NCBI GenBank assembly: GCA_946965045.2
Contig: OX337233.1
Coordinates: 1-64,000, forward strand
Reading direction: 5' to 3'
Source of the DNA: Epithemia pelagica
Taxonomy: Eukaryota > Protista > Bacillariophyta
Length of the DNA stretch: 64,000 bases
Under the pieces are notes generated by a model. That model saw only the letters and a program-made list of their open reading frames with translations. It was not told the DNA's origin and did no database searches. Of the stretch, positions 20,541-31,920 are shown piece after piece. Each line of letters starts with the position of its first letter. Position 1 is the first letter of the stretch. The position numbers and the translations under genes were made by a program.

Positions 20541-22299
20541 GGTTCCAAACGTTGACTGTAGAATCTATGAGGTCTTGTAAGAGGTTCGTGCGTTTGCTAA
20601 GCTCCTGGTCCCTGTGATTTTGATGGGTGCGGACTGGAAGCACGACTGATTTCACGAAATGGATGGACCAAAGATGGGTCGCTTTCGTCACGAGACAAAT
20701 CGTGACCGTAGCCACACAATGAAGAAGACCACGCATCCCTCTTGGGAGTATCGTGGAAAAGTTTTTGGATACCGAAATAAACCTCATGGCAAGACACAGA
20801 ACTACTGGTATGCATAGCTCCTCTCTATTTCTCTGTCTCCTTGTGTTGCATCCATAGGTTTTTCGTGCGACGAGACTCTCTCTCTGGTTGGTTGTGGCGT
20901 GTGGCAGCCTTATTGCTGCCGGTAGCCAAACCAGAGAAGAACGCTGATGACTGCAGGATCTCTTTGCAAATTCTACTTTTTGAGCCTTTCCTTTTGATAA
21001 CCACAACTACACGTCTTCTAGAGGGATGGCGAAGTGGATTACACGAAACAAGAATTTCAATCATGACAGAACACTTTTCCTCGGCCTGTAAACCAAAAGA
21101 GGATACCCTTCCCTCATGATTGTTACGCTTGGTCGATTCAGAGTAACAAACAATGACTCGACCATTTCGCACAGACTCTTTCGAGGCTCTTCTGTCGCAA
21201 AAGGAAGACACTGATCTTGAGATTTCTCTCCAGTTGCCGAGAAAATATGATCGACGGCAACTCCCATGACTATGACTGCCATGATTGTTGTGCTTGCCGC
21301 CATTCCTTTTTGCCCGAGCTTTGCCAAACGCCCTTGGGAATTAGTATACCGATAGTGCAGGTGGCTCCTCCATCATCCTCTCGACTCGAAGAATAATGGC
21401 ACGATACTCTCATTGCCGGAAGGAACCATGGCTTGTTGCCATTCCCAAACAAACACACTGTATTGGTGGGTCCCACACACAAAAGTGGCGATTTTGGCGT
21501 TGTGAAGCCAGTGGCGTCTTTGTGACGACCACCACGAACCTTTGGAGTAGTACTCTTTTGGAATAACAAGAAACGTGTCAAAAAGAACAATCAAGTTGCT
21601 GGCCTTGAAGCATGAAAGGAAAATGCCTGAAACAGCAATGAAGGTTCCGTTGTGGTTGTGGCTCCTGTTGCCACTTGCCTTTTGCCATGGGTGATGGAGT
21701 GCATTGTCGTCATGATCTGTTTGACATTGACAGCATCCGTCACAACAATGCCAAGCAAGAAAGGCTCCACAGTTTTGTTGCGTTTCAACCGATACGAAGT
21801 GGTGGGCAGAGAAGCTCGCGATGGGTCCGTCGATGACAGTGTCAGCACCTTGTTGGTGGCAAATAACGACGACAGTGCACTGGACATGGATGATCGAGAC
21901 ATGAGTATTGTTGCGCCACTGGGAGTGTGTGGTTGGCCTGTAACGGATACATTTCATAACAAAGGGAGTTTCTTGATTCACCCTGCTTGGATTCGACAGT
22001 CAGAAGCGTCCCTGACGAGAGCAATTGGTGGGCTGGTGGCACTTGTGGTGTGGTTCTATTGCAGGCGGCCATTGCTGTTGGAACGACATTCTATATTATA
22101 TGCTGGAGTCTGTTGCGTTGGTGGTGATGGGTTGCGATTTGCAGGACCATCCGAGGAGCAGAGTGAATCAACACAATAGGTTCGTCTCGTCCACATTCAC
22201 ATGGTGATTCGTCGTCATATCAGTCGATCTGTTGTTCTCCACGCCACGAAACATTCCTCTAGCGTTTCTCATAGCTTTTACTGTCCTAAGGATTGTAAG

Positions 22300-22760
22300 T
22301 ACAGGCTTTTTGGATGTACAAAAACCCACCGCGGGGGTGAGTCATGAGGATTAGTGAATGAGTAGTCTGAAGTGTGAACATCAAAAGCACGACACACATG
22401 CGACCCCACTCCTCACCCCCGTTGCCGCTGGGGACTATTATCGACGATGATGACGGCGATGACGAGGACGACGACTTGACCTCATCAATCAATTTCACCA
22501 ACATGTCTCTTCTGGAAGCGATGATTGAGGTCAATAACCATGAAGTGGCCTCCTTCAATCCGTGACAATTGAATTGCGAGGCCCAGGATCAGCCCCAACA
22601 TGAAAGGACGAATGGTGGTGGAGCATGAGAGTTTGCATGGACCGGCAAGTTCGAATGCGAATCTCTCCAATCTACTGAGAGCAAAGATCCGCCAAAAGAT
22701 GCGATAACTCTCGATGGGGAGTCACTCTTGCCAATGACACCCTATGGTGGATGGTGGCTG
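22300..22760 (+). pseudogene. Decayed coding-like block present three times (~22300-22760, ~30170-30660, ~56890-57370); product unknown
   Basis: Shared ATCAATTTCACCAACATGTCTCTT...GAAGTGGCCTCCTTCAATCCGTGACAATTGAATT. The copies have short broken frames with a shared peptide FAWTxKFE..SLQST.SK.P.K. Confidence 0.45.
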
Positions 22761-23688
22761 CTCCGTGCCATTGCCGTTCTGAATTCTTGAGCCGTGGCAC
22801 TGGCAATGGATGGGCACCTCAATTTGGGCTTGTAACCTGGCGGACCAGTGCAAGACGTTTCTCACGAGTCATAGACAAGCCATACAATTGTTGTCTCATC
22901 GGTTACGCCATATAATCCGTGCTGCATCGGTTGCTTCGCGAAAGTGATGGAACTGTTGTTGTTGTCGGAATGGTTGGTGTGTACTGTTGAAGGATGTCCC
23001 GTCATCGGTCGCTGAGGCGGATGCAAATGCGACCAAGGTGTTAGAATTCTCACCGTCTATGGTGGTTAGATTCTACATCTCATCGATTCCCCATGTCACA
23101 TAGCCTCGTGCTATCGCATCATGCCATCTAGCTTCGAGCTATGTTCCCTAGCTTCGCGCTATATCGACCTATCACGAAACAAATCGTGACAGTTGCTTCG
23201 ACCGAGCTGTTGTGGTTGACACTGTGCTCTTGTTGTTTCATCCTGCAAGTACTGCTGGTCAATGCTCGGAGTCCAGCATGACGGGTGCCTGTCGTTGTCT
23301 CGTGGTACTGGCACAGGTCAGTTTCGTCGCCATATAATTTTCGGGACGCGTCGTCCTAGTAGTACACAGTGTTTCGTGGTCCCTCTCGATGAAGGCTCCA
23401 CAGTTTGTCTGGTTGTTGGTTCCTTACGCATACCGAGTCGACGAGAAGCACAGTGGACACTGATCTTGTTCTACGGTTGATCATTGCAGGTTGAGACGGA
23501 CAAGCATCAAAAGTCATCTCGAATTCATGATGTGATCCATGATGCGGCGGTACGATTGCTGTAAGGTTGCGCAGTGCATGTTGTGATGGTGGTGGGGTGG
23601 AACTTGGTATGGCCCACATCGTCGTCCATTGTCGTCGTCGACCCCGTTGTTCTCCACGCCACAAAACATTCCTAGCGTTTCTACCTAG

Positions 23689-23884
23689 TGCCTCGTCCCA
23701 GTGTGTACCCATTACACCCTTGGCGCGCTCTTTGGGTACACCATTTCAACTAGATAGAACATGACCAATATTAGGCCTACGACAACATGTGGATGTCCAA
23801 AGTTAATCTTTAAGACATCCTCTGTCAACATTTGATACCCCATCACACCCATATATGACATATCTAGGTCATATGAGCGCCTCC
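23689..23884 (+). repeat. Left TIR (~196 bp)
   Basis: Reverse complement of 29960-30155 with scattered mismatches. CATGTGGGGA tandem repeats follow at ~23911-23950. Confidence 0.92.
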
Positions 23885-24420
23885 TTTCGGGGGTTGTGCT
23901 CGATTTTAGGCATGTGGGGACATGTGGGGACATGTGGGGACATGTGGGGACAGTGCTGCGGAAGGTCCTATGACAGTCCTACGACCATGGACGGATGTCC
24001 AGATATTTTAGACATACTTTCTGCGCCATTTTGTGCCATGGTCGACTTCCAGAACATGTCCTGGATGGGCATATAGATAGATAGATGCGCGCTGCGCACC
24101 GCTCCGGCGCGTCAATTCGGAACCCGCGGCACGAAATTTCATGTGTGTTCTTTCTGCACCACCTGAAGATCTCAACAAAATTGTACGACGATGACCGCCT
24201 TTCGAACAGTCCCCCTCGGGACTGTTTGATGCGATCCAAGCCTGCTGCACCCAAGCAATACAAGCTTTGTGCAATGATCATTGCACAAAGCTTCTATTTT
24301 TTGGTTGCAGCAGCGAAGAAGACGACGACGACAAATAACGACGGGGGTGGTAGAGATCACAAACAGGCAAGACAAACACCAACTTCTACGACAATCAAAG
24401 TGGCAGAAACAACAACAACA

Positions 24421-27400
24421 ATGCCTGCATTAAGTCGCTTAGGTCCAGGGTCCAGGGCTTTTGTTAAGGGCAGCAAACCTGAGGAGCCTGTATTGATTGT
24501 ACGAGCCCTTGGAAGCAGGTCCTGGGAAGTGGAACGGCTCAACAGGAGCAATGGAACGAGAACGGGCGAGCTGATGAAAAAGACTTCTTACCAGCTAAGG
24601 AAGCCACTGCAAGGCGAGGCATTTCCTGGAGACAATGGTGGACCAAGGTATGCTGCGCGTGGTACTACTAATGCAAGTTCAACAGCTGCCTCGTCTTCTG
24701 GTGGAGGTGCCGTGGCAAACAACGCCAGCACTCAAGAGCAGGTGCTTGTCGAAGAAGCAAGTGGTGATGGGAATGAGGAGGTGGAAGTTGTGGTCCGTGG
24801 TGGTGACGAGCAGGGACAGCAGCAGCAACAGCAGGCGGTAGCGCAACCGGACGTGGAGCAAGAGGATGTTGTGCTGGTCATGAATGAAGGTGGCAGCAAT
24901 GAACAAGTTGAAGTGCTTGTCGACGAACGAGCAACAAACAATCAGCACGAGACAAGAACCGAACAAACAACGGCCACTGAACAAACAACAAACCGACAAC
25001 AAACAACAAACCAACAAATCAGCACACCCACGTCTCCTCCTCTGCAACAAGCAGCTGCACAGATTGCACAGGCGCTGATGGAGGATTCCTCATCAATCAG
25101 CAGTGAAAACATTCACGTGCCAAGAATGGAAAATGAGAACCAGCAGCAGAACAGCACTAACACTGGTCCTCCGCAGCTTCTTCCCGGTGGTATCCATGTT
25201 GACAACGATGACGTCTCTGAAGTGTCCATGGACGATTACTTTACTGGGATGGAAGATTTCCCGTATTTCTTTGCGGACGACGAAGATGCCATTGACCCGA
25301 ACAGTGCTGCACTCGCTCATGAGCTTGAACGCAGAGACGTGTACCGGGTCAAGCATCAGAAATATGTTGCAAGGAAGAAACAACTTGTCGACGAAAATTG
25401 GAAGGTTCACCTCGAAGCTCCAAAACGAAACGGAATCGAGATTGGTGATCTGGTATACAAAAAAGTCAATGGATCCACCATCAATCGGCATTATGGTGTT
25501 GTTGTGGGGAAACATCCGGATAGTGTGCATGGAAACCCTCTGTGGAATGTCCAGTTTGATGGCGAGAACCACGTCGAGCAAGCACTTTCAGGGGGGAACC
25601 AAATCCGTTTGATACATGACCACCGAGCATTTACGTGGCAAATCGTTGATGGCGACACCAAGCCTGACAATCCAGTTGAAGAATTCCAGGACGTGGGAGT
25701 CATTGGATTTGATTTTCAACAATCCTTTTCGGCTGCAAACTTGTCCATCGACAATGAGCAGTACGACTTCCCATTCATGCGCCTTCTCCTTCACTTGTGG
25801 CCCGGTAAGTGTTTGATTGCTAAGTGTCCTGGGGATTGCTTTGGATTCTTGTCGACTAACAGTCTGTATCATGTCTCAAAAGGGAGTTGGCGACAACAAC
25901 TCAACAAACTGAACCAAGCGATTGATGAGCGAAACGAGGGAAGGTTGCGAAGCCGCCATCTCTGGTCCGTGTCCGAGTTCGAGTGGTGGGCCTTTTGGGG
26001 CATCATCATTGGAGCTTCCCCTTGTCACAAAGGTGGCATCCAACTGTTTGATGACGCGCCTGCGTATCGCAAGTTCTCACCGTCCGTCAATGTGTCCAAA
26101 GGTGGAATGGACGTGATGTCAAAGACTCGGTTCTTTGACATCAAAGAGATCGTCCACCGGGCATTTGAGGGCGAGAACTCAGGCAACCCTTGGAACAAGA
26201 TCCAGCCCTTAATTGATGGCTTCAACGAAAATCGCCATCAAACAGTTGCAACCTCGTCAACGGTGACGTTAGACGAGATCATGAGCCCGTTCCAACCGCG
26301 AACAACTCAATCGTCCACCCTCCCCCATCTTTCATATATCCAGCGAAAACCAAAACCGCTAGGTACAGAAATGAAGGTAAGTTGGTGCTTTTGCAGTTCT
26401 TGCGTTGGTGCTTCGAACTCATCCAGTTGATTGTTACTTGTTTGTTGGGTGTTTCTTGGCTACGTGTCTAAACAGGCTTCGGCGGACACTAAGACAGGCT
26501 GCCTCGTCTTTCTTGAAATACAGGAAGGACAGATTCCCATGAAGCTCAAGAAGTTTGTTCCTGACCTGGGGGTCACAGCTGGTACGTCGCTTCGGTTGGT
26601 GGAGGGAATTCAGTTTTCGGGACAGTCAATCATCGAGCGTGTACAAGCCCAGAATGAGGGCAACATGCGGTCCCTGATTTGTGCAGACTCGTGGTTTGGT
26701 AGCGTGAAAATGGTTGAGGCAATGAAGTGCCTGCACCAGAAACCAAGGCAACCAACAGCTCGAGACCGTCGCTCCTACTTCGTGGCGGTTGACAAAGAGC
26801 TTGGACAAAACAACAATGCACCCGAAGTTATCTGTGCGATCAAAACCAACACAGGTTGGTTTCCACAAGAGGAACTTCAGAAAGAGATGGAAGGGTATCC
26901 ATCTGGAGCCTACCTAGTATTGGAATGCAAGGCCCCAGGTACCAACGTTGACCTGGTGGCCATTGGATACAAATACAATTCGCGGAAAACGCTTACCTTT
27001 GCGATGTCCAAGAATGCGGAGACAACCGAACCTGGCTACCCCTACATCGCCAGGTTCGCCGACGAGCACGGAAACGTGCGGGAGCGACGAGTGCTCCGTC
27101 CGAAATGCCTGTCCGTGTACTTTGGGGTTTCAAACATCATCGACGTACACAACCATTTCAGGCAAGGCATTCTGCGGTTGGAGATGCTTTGGAAGACGCC
27201 GAACCCGTGGTTCCGGCTTGTCTCAACGATAATCGGTGTCACCGTGGTTGATTGTCACATGGCAGTCAAGTTTCACTTGGGACGACAATTTGCAGGCTCA
27301 TGTGGGATCGAACAGTTCGCAGATTGCCTCGCCTGGGATCTCACGCACAACAAATTCAACAAACAGATTGATCCGCATGCCACCATCCGTCCCAACATTG

Positions 27401-27990
27401 TGCCGAATTTCATGGGTCGCGGAGGTGATGGAACAGGAACCAACGACAGCATCACTGAGTATGTTCGCATGATGCACAATGCATTCATGGCTCAACTTGG
27501 TTCTGGAGGTGTACCAGCAGGAATCATGAACCCACCATTCCCTGTTACTTCCCCTGCAGAGTCCTCGTTAACCAGCTCCAGCTCGTCCATTGCTGCAGAC
27601 GATACGAGCGTCTCAACTGCTGGCGGAGCATTCTCGTTATGGTGCCTTCCTACCAGCCAATCGAGTGGATCATCATCGTCTCAGCATCCAACCGCTGACC
27701 ACCGGCCAATCTACAATCCTGATAGGACCACCGATTCAGATGGGAAGCAACGGCCTAAGGGGCGTCGGTGTGTCATCTGTGGGTTTCAGACGCGATCCAT
27801 TTGCGGGCATCCATCCTGTATGTCTCAGACGAGTATGCGCAAGGTGCAAGGATCCGAAGAAATGAAGGAAAGCTGCGGTGTCCCAATTTGCCGTGCCCAC
27901 ATTATCCGTCCTAAATTTAAACATCCGTGCATTCAAGAGCACATTATTCGGTTGGAAAAAGAGAGGGTACGACAGCAAAACGCAGAATGA
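24421..27990 (+). CDS. piggyBac-like DDD transposase, three exons, ~1130 aa
   Basis: Exons are 24421-25804, 25883-26376 and 26476-27990. The introns are GTAAGT...GACTAAC...AAAAG (78 nt) and GTAAGT...AAACAG (99 nt); both splices keep frame. Motifs: TLDE..QRKPKPLGTEMK, CADSWFGS, IIDVHN, and C-terminal CVIC...C...C..C. Confidence 0.9.
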
Positions 27991-28113
27991 CGCAACAACT
28001 TGTTCATGATATCTACGGAAATTACATATGATTAGGAAACAAACAGACCCATAGTTATAAGAATAATTCTACTATAGTTGATTTCATGTCACAGATCCTC
28101 TGCATTTGTAGCA

Positions 28114-28704
28114 CTACGGCAGCTTTTTGAGTATAGCATTGATGGAGTGCTGCGTCTTGTTCTCAGTGTCACTTCCTTCATTGCGATTTTTCTTCACGAG
28201 AGACAACAGCGTCGAAGCTCCAGCAACACTCATTTTAAGAGTGATGACCATCGGCTCCATGGTCGCTACAGTATTGAGAGAATGGGTGGTCTCCACAACA
28301 ATCTTGGTCTTGATAATGCTTCCGGTGCTGGAGCGTAAGATCGAACCACTAAGTTTGTTCTTGATGTACGTGATTGGAATCACGAGATCAGGTACGGAGT
28401 CGTCCATCTTTCCACGATAGAACAGGCGAATTGAGAGCTCGTTTGGGTGCATAGCAGACAAGTAGGATCGCTGCAAGAGTAGAACACCCCGATCAACAAT
28501 CAACCGCCCGTCAGTTGTTGCGTTTTGATTACTTGTCGCCGAGTTCATGTATGCATTGACGCCGGCTTCCCCAAACATTGTAACTGTTTCGCCAACCGCG
28601 TTGAACTCTTGACCACCATCACACACGACGATGAATCCGTTCGCTAACTTCATTGTCTCAAATCTCTTGCTTTTAGTACTTCCTTCCAGTGCAGGTTGTG
28701 CCAT
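28114..28704 (-). CDS. Hypothetical protein (~196 aa) inside the transposon, convergent with the transposase
   Basis: Open frame from ATG 28704 (MAQPALEG...). An intron-like segment 28785-28710 (GTACGT...TATCCAG) ends just upstream. No recognisable family. Confidence 0.6.
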   Translation of the reverse strand: MAQPALEGSTKSKRFETMKLANGFIVVCDGGQEFNAVGETVTMFGEAGVNAYMNSATSNQNATTDGRLIVDRGVLLLQRSYLSAMHPNELSIRLFYRGKMDDSVPDLVIPITYIKNKLSGSILRSSTGSIIKTKIVVETTHSLNTVATMEPMVITLKMSVAGASTLLSLVKKNRNEGSDTENKTQHSINAILKKLP

Positions 28705-29159
28705 CTTTTCTGGATACAGTAGGACGAGTGAAAATGTAAGAAACTGGCAACATCCAAGGTCAATCAACACCATTTCTGTACGTACCGGCGTATGTTCAGT
28801 GTGGAGTTTGCAAAGGGGAGCTGTGGCTATTTGCTATAGCTGCTCCTGCTGTCTGGTTGTTGTTTGGGTTGTCGTTTTCTGTTTTGTGAGACACTGGATT
28901 GTGGATCAGGTATTGGCGCCGTCCGTTGCGCAGCGCGCTCCAATTTTTTAAATAACAAAGTGAAGCGTCCGGCGCATACTCGGAACCTATTTGTTAACAA
29001 ACACGACCCCATCATCTATAGTCGTCTCATTCATTTTCATGGAAGTGAAGAAGAACGAAGAACCATGTCGACAATTATCAACGGCCGCCGCATCAGTTTG
29101 CGGAATCGAGAACGAAACAAGGAAGGTAGCAGAGACGTCCTTCCACGTCCAGTTCTGCT

Positions 29160-29678
29160 GTGCTTCGGTCCAACCCCCTACCAACCGGATCACTTTTGTC
29201 CTCGTCCTCCTCGAAGCAGTCGAAAACGAAGAAAGCACCTACAAAGGGAAGGGTGACTGGCAACAACGTGAAGGGGGCCAAGCGGCAGGTGAAGGCCAAG
29301 AAAGCAATGGTAGTAGAGAAAAGCAACGATGGAAAACAGATCGAGGAGCAGAAGAGCAAGACGAAACAGGTTGTTGCGGAAAAACCACCCCCCAAGATCA
29401 TTGTTGCAGCACCTGACAAGTTCGACCTTATGATGACGATGCATTGCAACCACAACAAGGAAAACAGTGGTGTATCCAACAATCTACCAAAGAATCAGTC
29501 CATGGAGGCATTGAGCGACAAAGAGACGTCTTGCGGCGGAATTGTTGCTTCCAAAGGCGACAGTGCTGGTGGGGAACCTAAGAATCGCAAATCCAGCATA
29601 AGTGTGGACAGTAATCTGTCATTTGAGTTTGCCGAGACGCAGCAGGAGCCTTGTATCGCCTACAAGTTTGAGTACTAG
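29160..29678 (+). CDS. Possible Lys/Ser-rich hypothetical protein inside the transposon
   Basis: 172-codon low-complexity ORF with no clear ATG start; it may need splicing. Confidence 0.3.
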   Translation: MLRSNPLPTGSLLSSSSSKQSKTKKAPTKGRVTGNNVKGAKRQVKAKKAMVVEKSNDGKQIEEQKSKTKQVVAEKPPPKIIVAAPDKFDLMMTMHCNHNKENSGVSNNLPKNQSMEALSDKETSCGGIVASKGDSAGGEPKNRKSSISVDSNLSFEFAETQQEPCIAYKFEY

Positions 29679-29959
29679 AGTGAAAACGTAGCTTAAACAT
29701 GTCTCCTTTATAAAATCTTCCATTGCCAAATATTTATCCAATAGTAGGAAATCCGCCACGTCGTTGCTTGGACAGACCTGTAGCATGTCGTGATAGAGCC
29801 CGGACCAGAGAGTGACATCCCCAATCCATCAACAGCATACCACTTGTTGATTGGACAGCGCTATGGCACCCTATCATTGCCACAGGTTGCTCTCCAGTGG
29901 GATGGGTACATTGGGTGAAAGTGTGCCCAAACGTGCCGCACGCTGCACATGCCTCTAAT

Positions 29960-30155
29960 GGAGGCGCTCATATGACCTAGGTATGTCATATATAGGTCTA
30001 ATGGGGTATCAAATGTTGTTAGAGGATGTCCTAAAGATTAACTTTGAGCATCCACATGTTGCCGTAGGCCTAATATTGGTCATGTTCTATCTAGTTGAAA
30101 TGGTGTACCCAAAGAGCGCTCCCGGGGCGTAATGGGTACACCCCGGGACGAGGCA
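29960..30155 (-). repeat. Right TIR (~196 bp)
   Basis: Inverted copy of 23689-23884. Confidence 0.92.
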
Positions 30156-31920
30156 CTAGTATCTTTTACTGTCATAAAGATTGTAGGTACAGGCTAAAGT
30201 GCACGTCCATGACTAACTCCCAGCGTGGGGTAGTCATGAGAATTCGTGAATGAGTATAGTTAGAACACCAGAAGCACGACACATATGCGACCCGACTCCT
30301 CACCCCCGCTGGGGACTACTCCGTCGCATCGACCACACGATGACGGCGAAGATGAGGACGGCGACGATTTGACCCTATCAATCAATTTCACCAACATGTC
30401 TCTTCAAGAAGCGATGATTGAGGACAACAACCATGAAGTGGCCTCCTTCAATCCGTGACAATTGAATTACGAGGCCGAGGATCAGTCCCAACATTGGGAA
30501 ACAATGGCGGTTACCAACATAGATCGAGGAGCGCAAGAGAGTTTGCATGGACCCTCAAGTTCGAATCGCTCCAATCTACGGACAGCAAATCTCCACATAA
30601 GATGCGACAACTCTCGATGGTTCGTCATTCTTGCCAAATGGCACCCAATGGTGGCTGATCCGTGCCACTGAGATTGCCTTGGTGGTCTATGTGGCCTTTT
30701 ACTCGGCTCGATCGATCCGATGTTTGGAGCTATGTGGGCCTTGTCGAGGATTTCATGTACAAGGGTCATTGGTGCAATCGTCATTCGAATCGACACGGGT
30801 ACGTCATGCACCCGACACGGGAGAATCAACAGGTGAAGAATCGATTATGGGGAAGGGTCCCATCGCCCTTCCACATCGACCAGACAAAGATTCGCAACAC
30901 CAACCAGAATCCAACGAAGAAGAACAAGAACAAGTTCTATTAGACGACAGCCAAGACATGATCGGCGCCATTCGTGGTCGTGGTTTTGTTGTTGATACTG
31001 CTGAGTTCGGTACGAGGCTTAAATGCGGTAGTGATCGAAGTCCAACACTGCTGCTCGACAGTGTTATAATCGTGCAACAAGGTTTGGCGAACTGTCATTG
31101 AGGGGCAAGACATCGCGATGGGGAGCAGCTTGTTTCCAGGCATTAGCATTCGAACGAGCAATAGTGCGACAGGGAATAGCGGTGGGGGAGGTTTCCTGAT
31201 TCGTTGTCGTTGTCGTCGCCGCCGTCAATGCTCCGACTTCCAAGATGGAGTTGAACACAGTCGGTTCCACGGCAATGGCGCCGTCAGCAGTTTCGTCCAA
31301 TTGAGGTACTTCTTTATTTGTGGCTGCGTTCGTAGCTCGGAAGGTTATGGTGTGGCAACGACGAGACTCGATCCGTGTTGTCGTTCTGGTCCATTGCGAG
31401 CAAATTACCGACCTCATGATCAAGAATAGTTGCTGTATTGGAGGAAATATCGAACACGTCGGTGCTAAAAAGTCCAAAGGATTCGCAATTCTCCTGTCAC
31501 CCAAAACCGCCACGAGCATCGAAAGACGGGGTACTGCCCTCTTACGCAGGCATTAGCCATAGAAGGACAATCCCCACACAATTGACCGCATGGTGGGAAC
31601 GAAGATGACCGTCGAAACGAGTCGCTGCGCCGAGTGTTTCAGGCACGAAACCATAATCTTCCATAGCATGATTACTCGACCCCATCAACAGCAGAGAGGC
31701 ATGGTACCATGGACATCTACCCAAGGCCTGGCTCCACTCCTGTTTGCAGTGTCATGCCGGATGGTGTAACTTTCGTTCTCTACTAGGTAGTACAACGGTG
31801 TACATGATACCTCTAAAGGTCGCAATGCCATGAAGAAAACAATCAAACTGCAGTTTGAGAAAAAATGATAATGCTATAGTTCCGCTATTGTTAGGACATA
31901 CATGCAATACGTTGCAAATT

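Larger units (their letters stand above)
23689..30155 (+). mobile_element. piggyBac-like DNA transposon, 6467 bp, long TIRs, CTAG target duplication
   Basis: The junctions read CTAG|TGCCTCGTCCC...GGGACGAGGCA|CTAG. The paralogous empty site CTACCTAGTATCTTTT is at 56876-56891. The element encodes an intact transposase. Confidence 0.94.

Noticed and set aside
20841-22179. Fragmented plus-strand ORFs with hydrophobic stretches
   Set aside because: Possibly a decayed membrane-protein gene, but the frames are broken and no family could be recognised.
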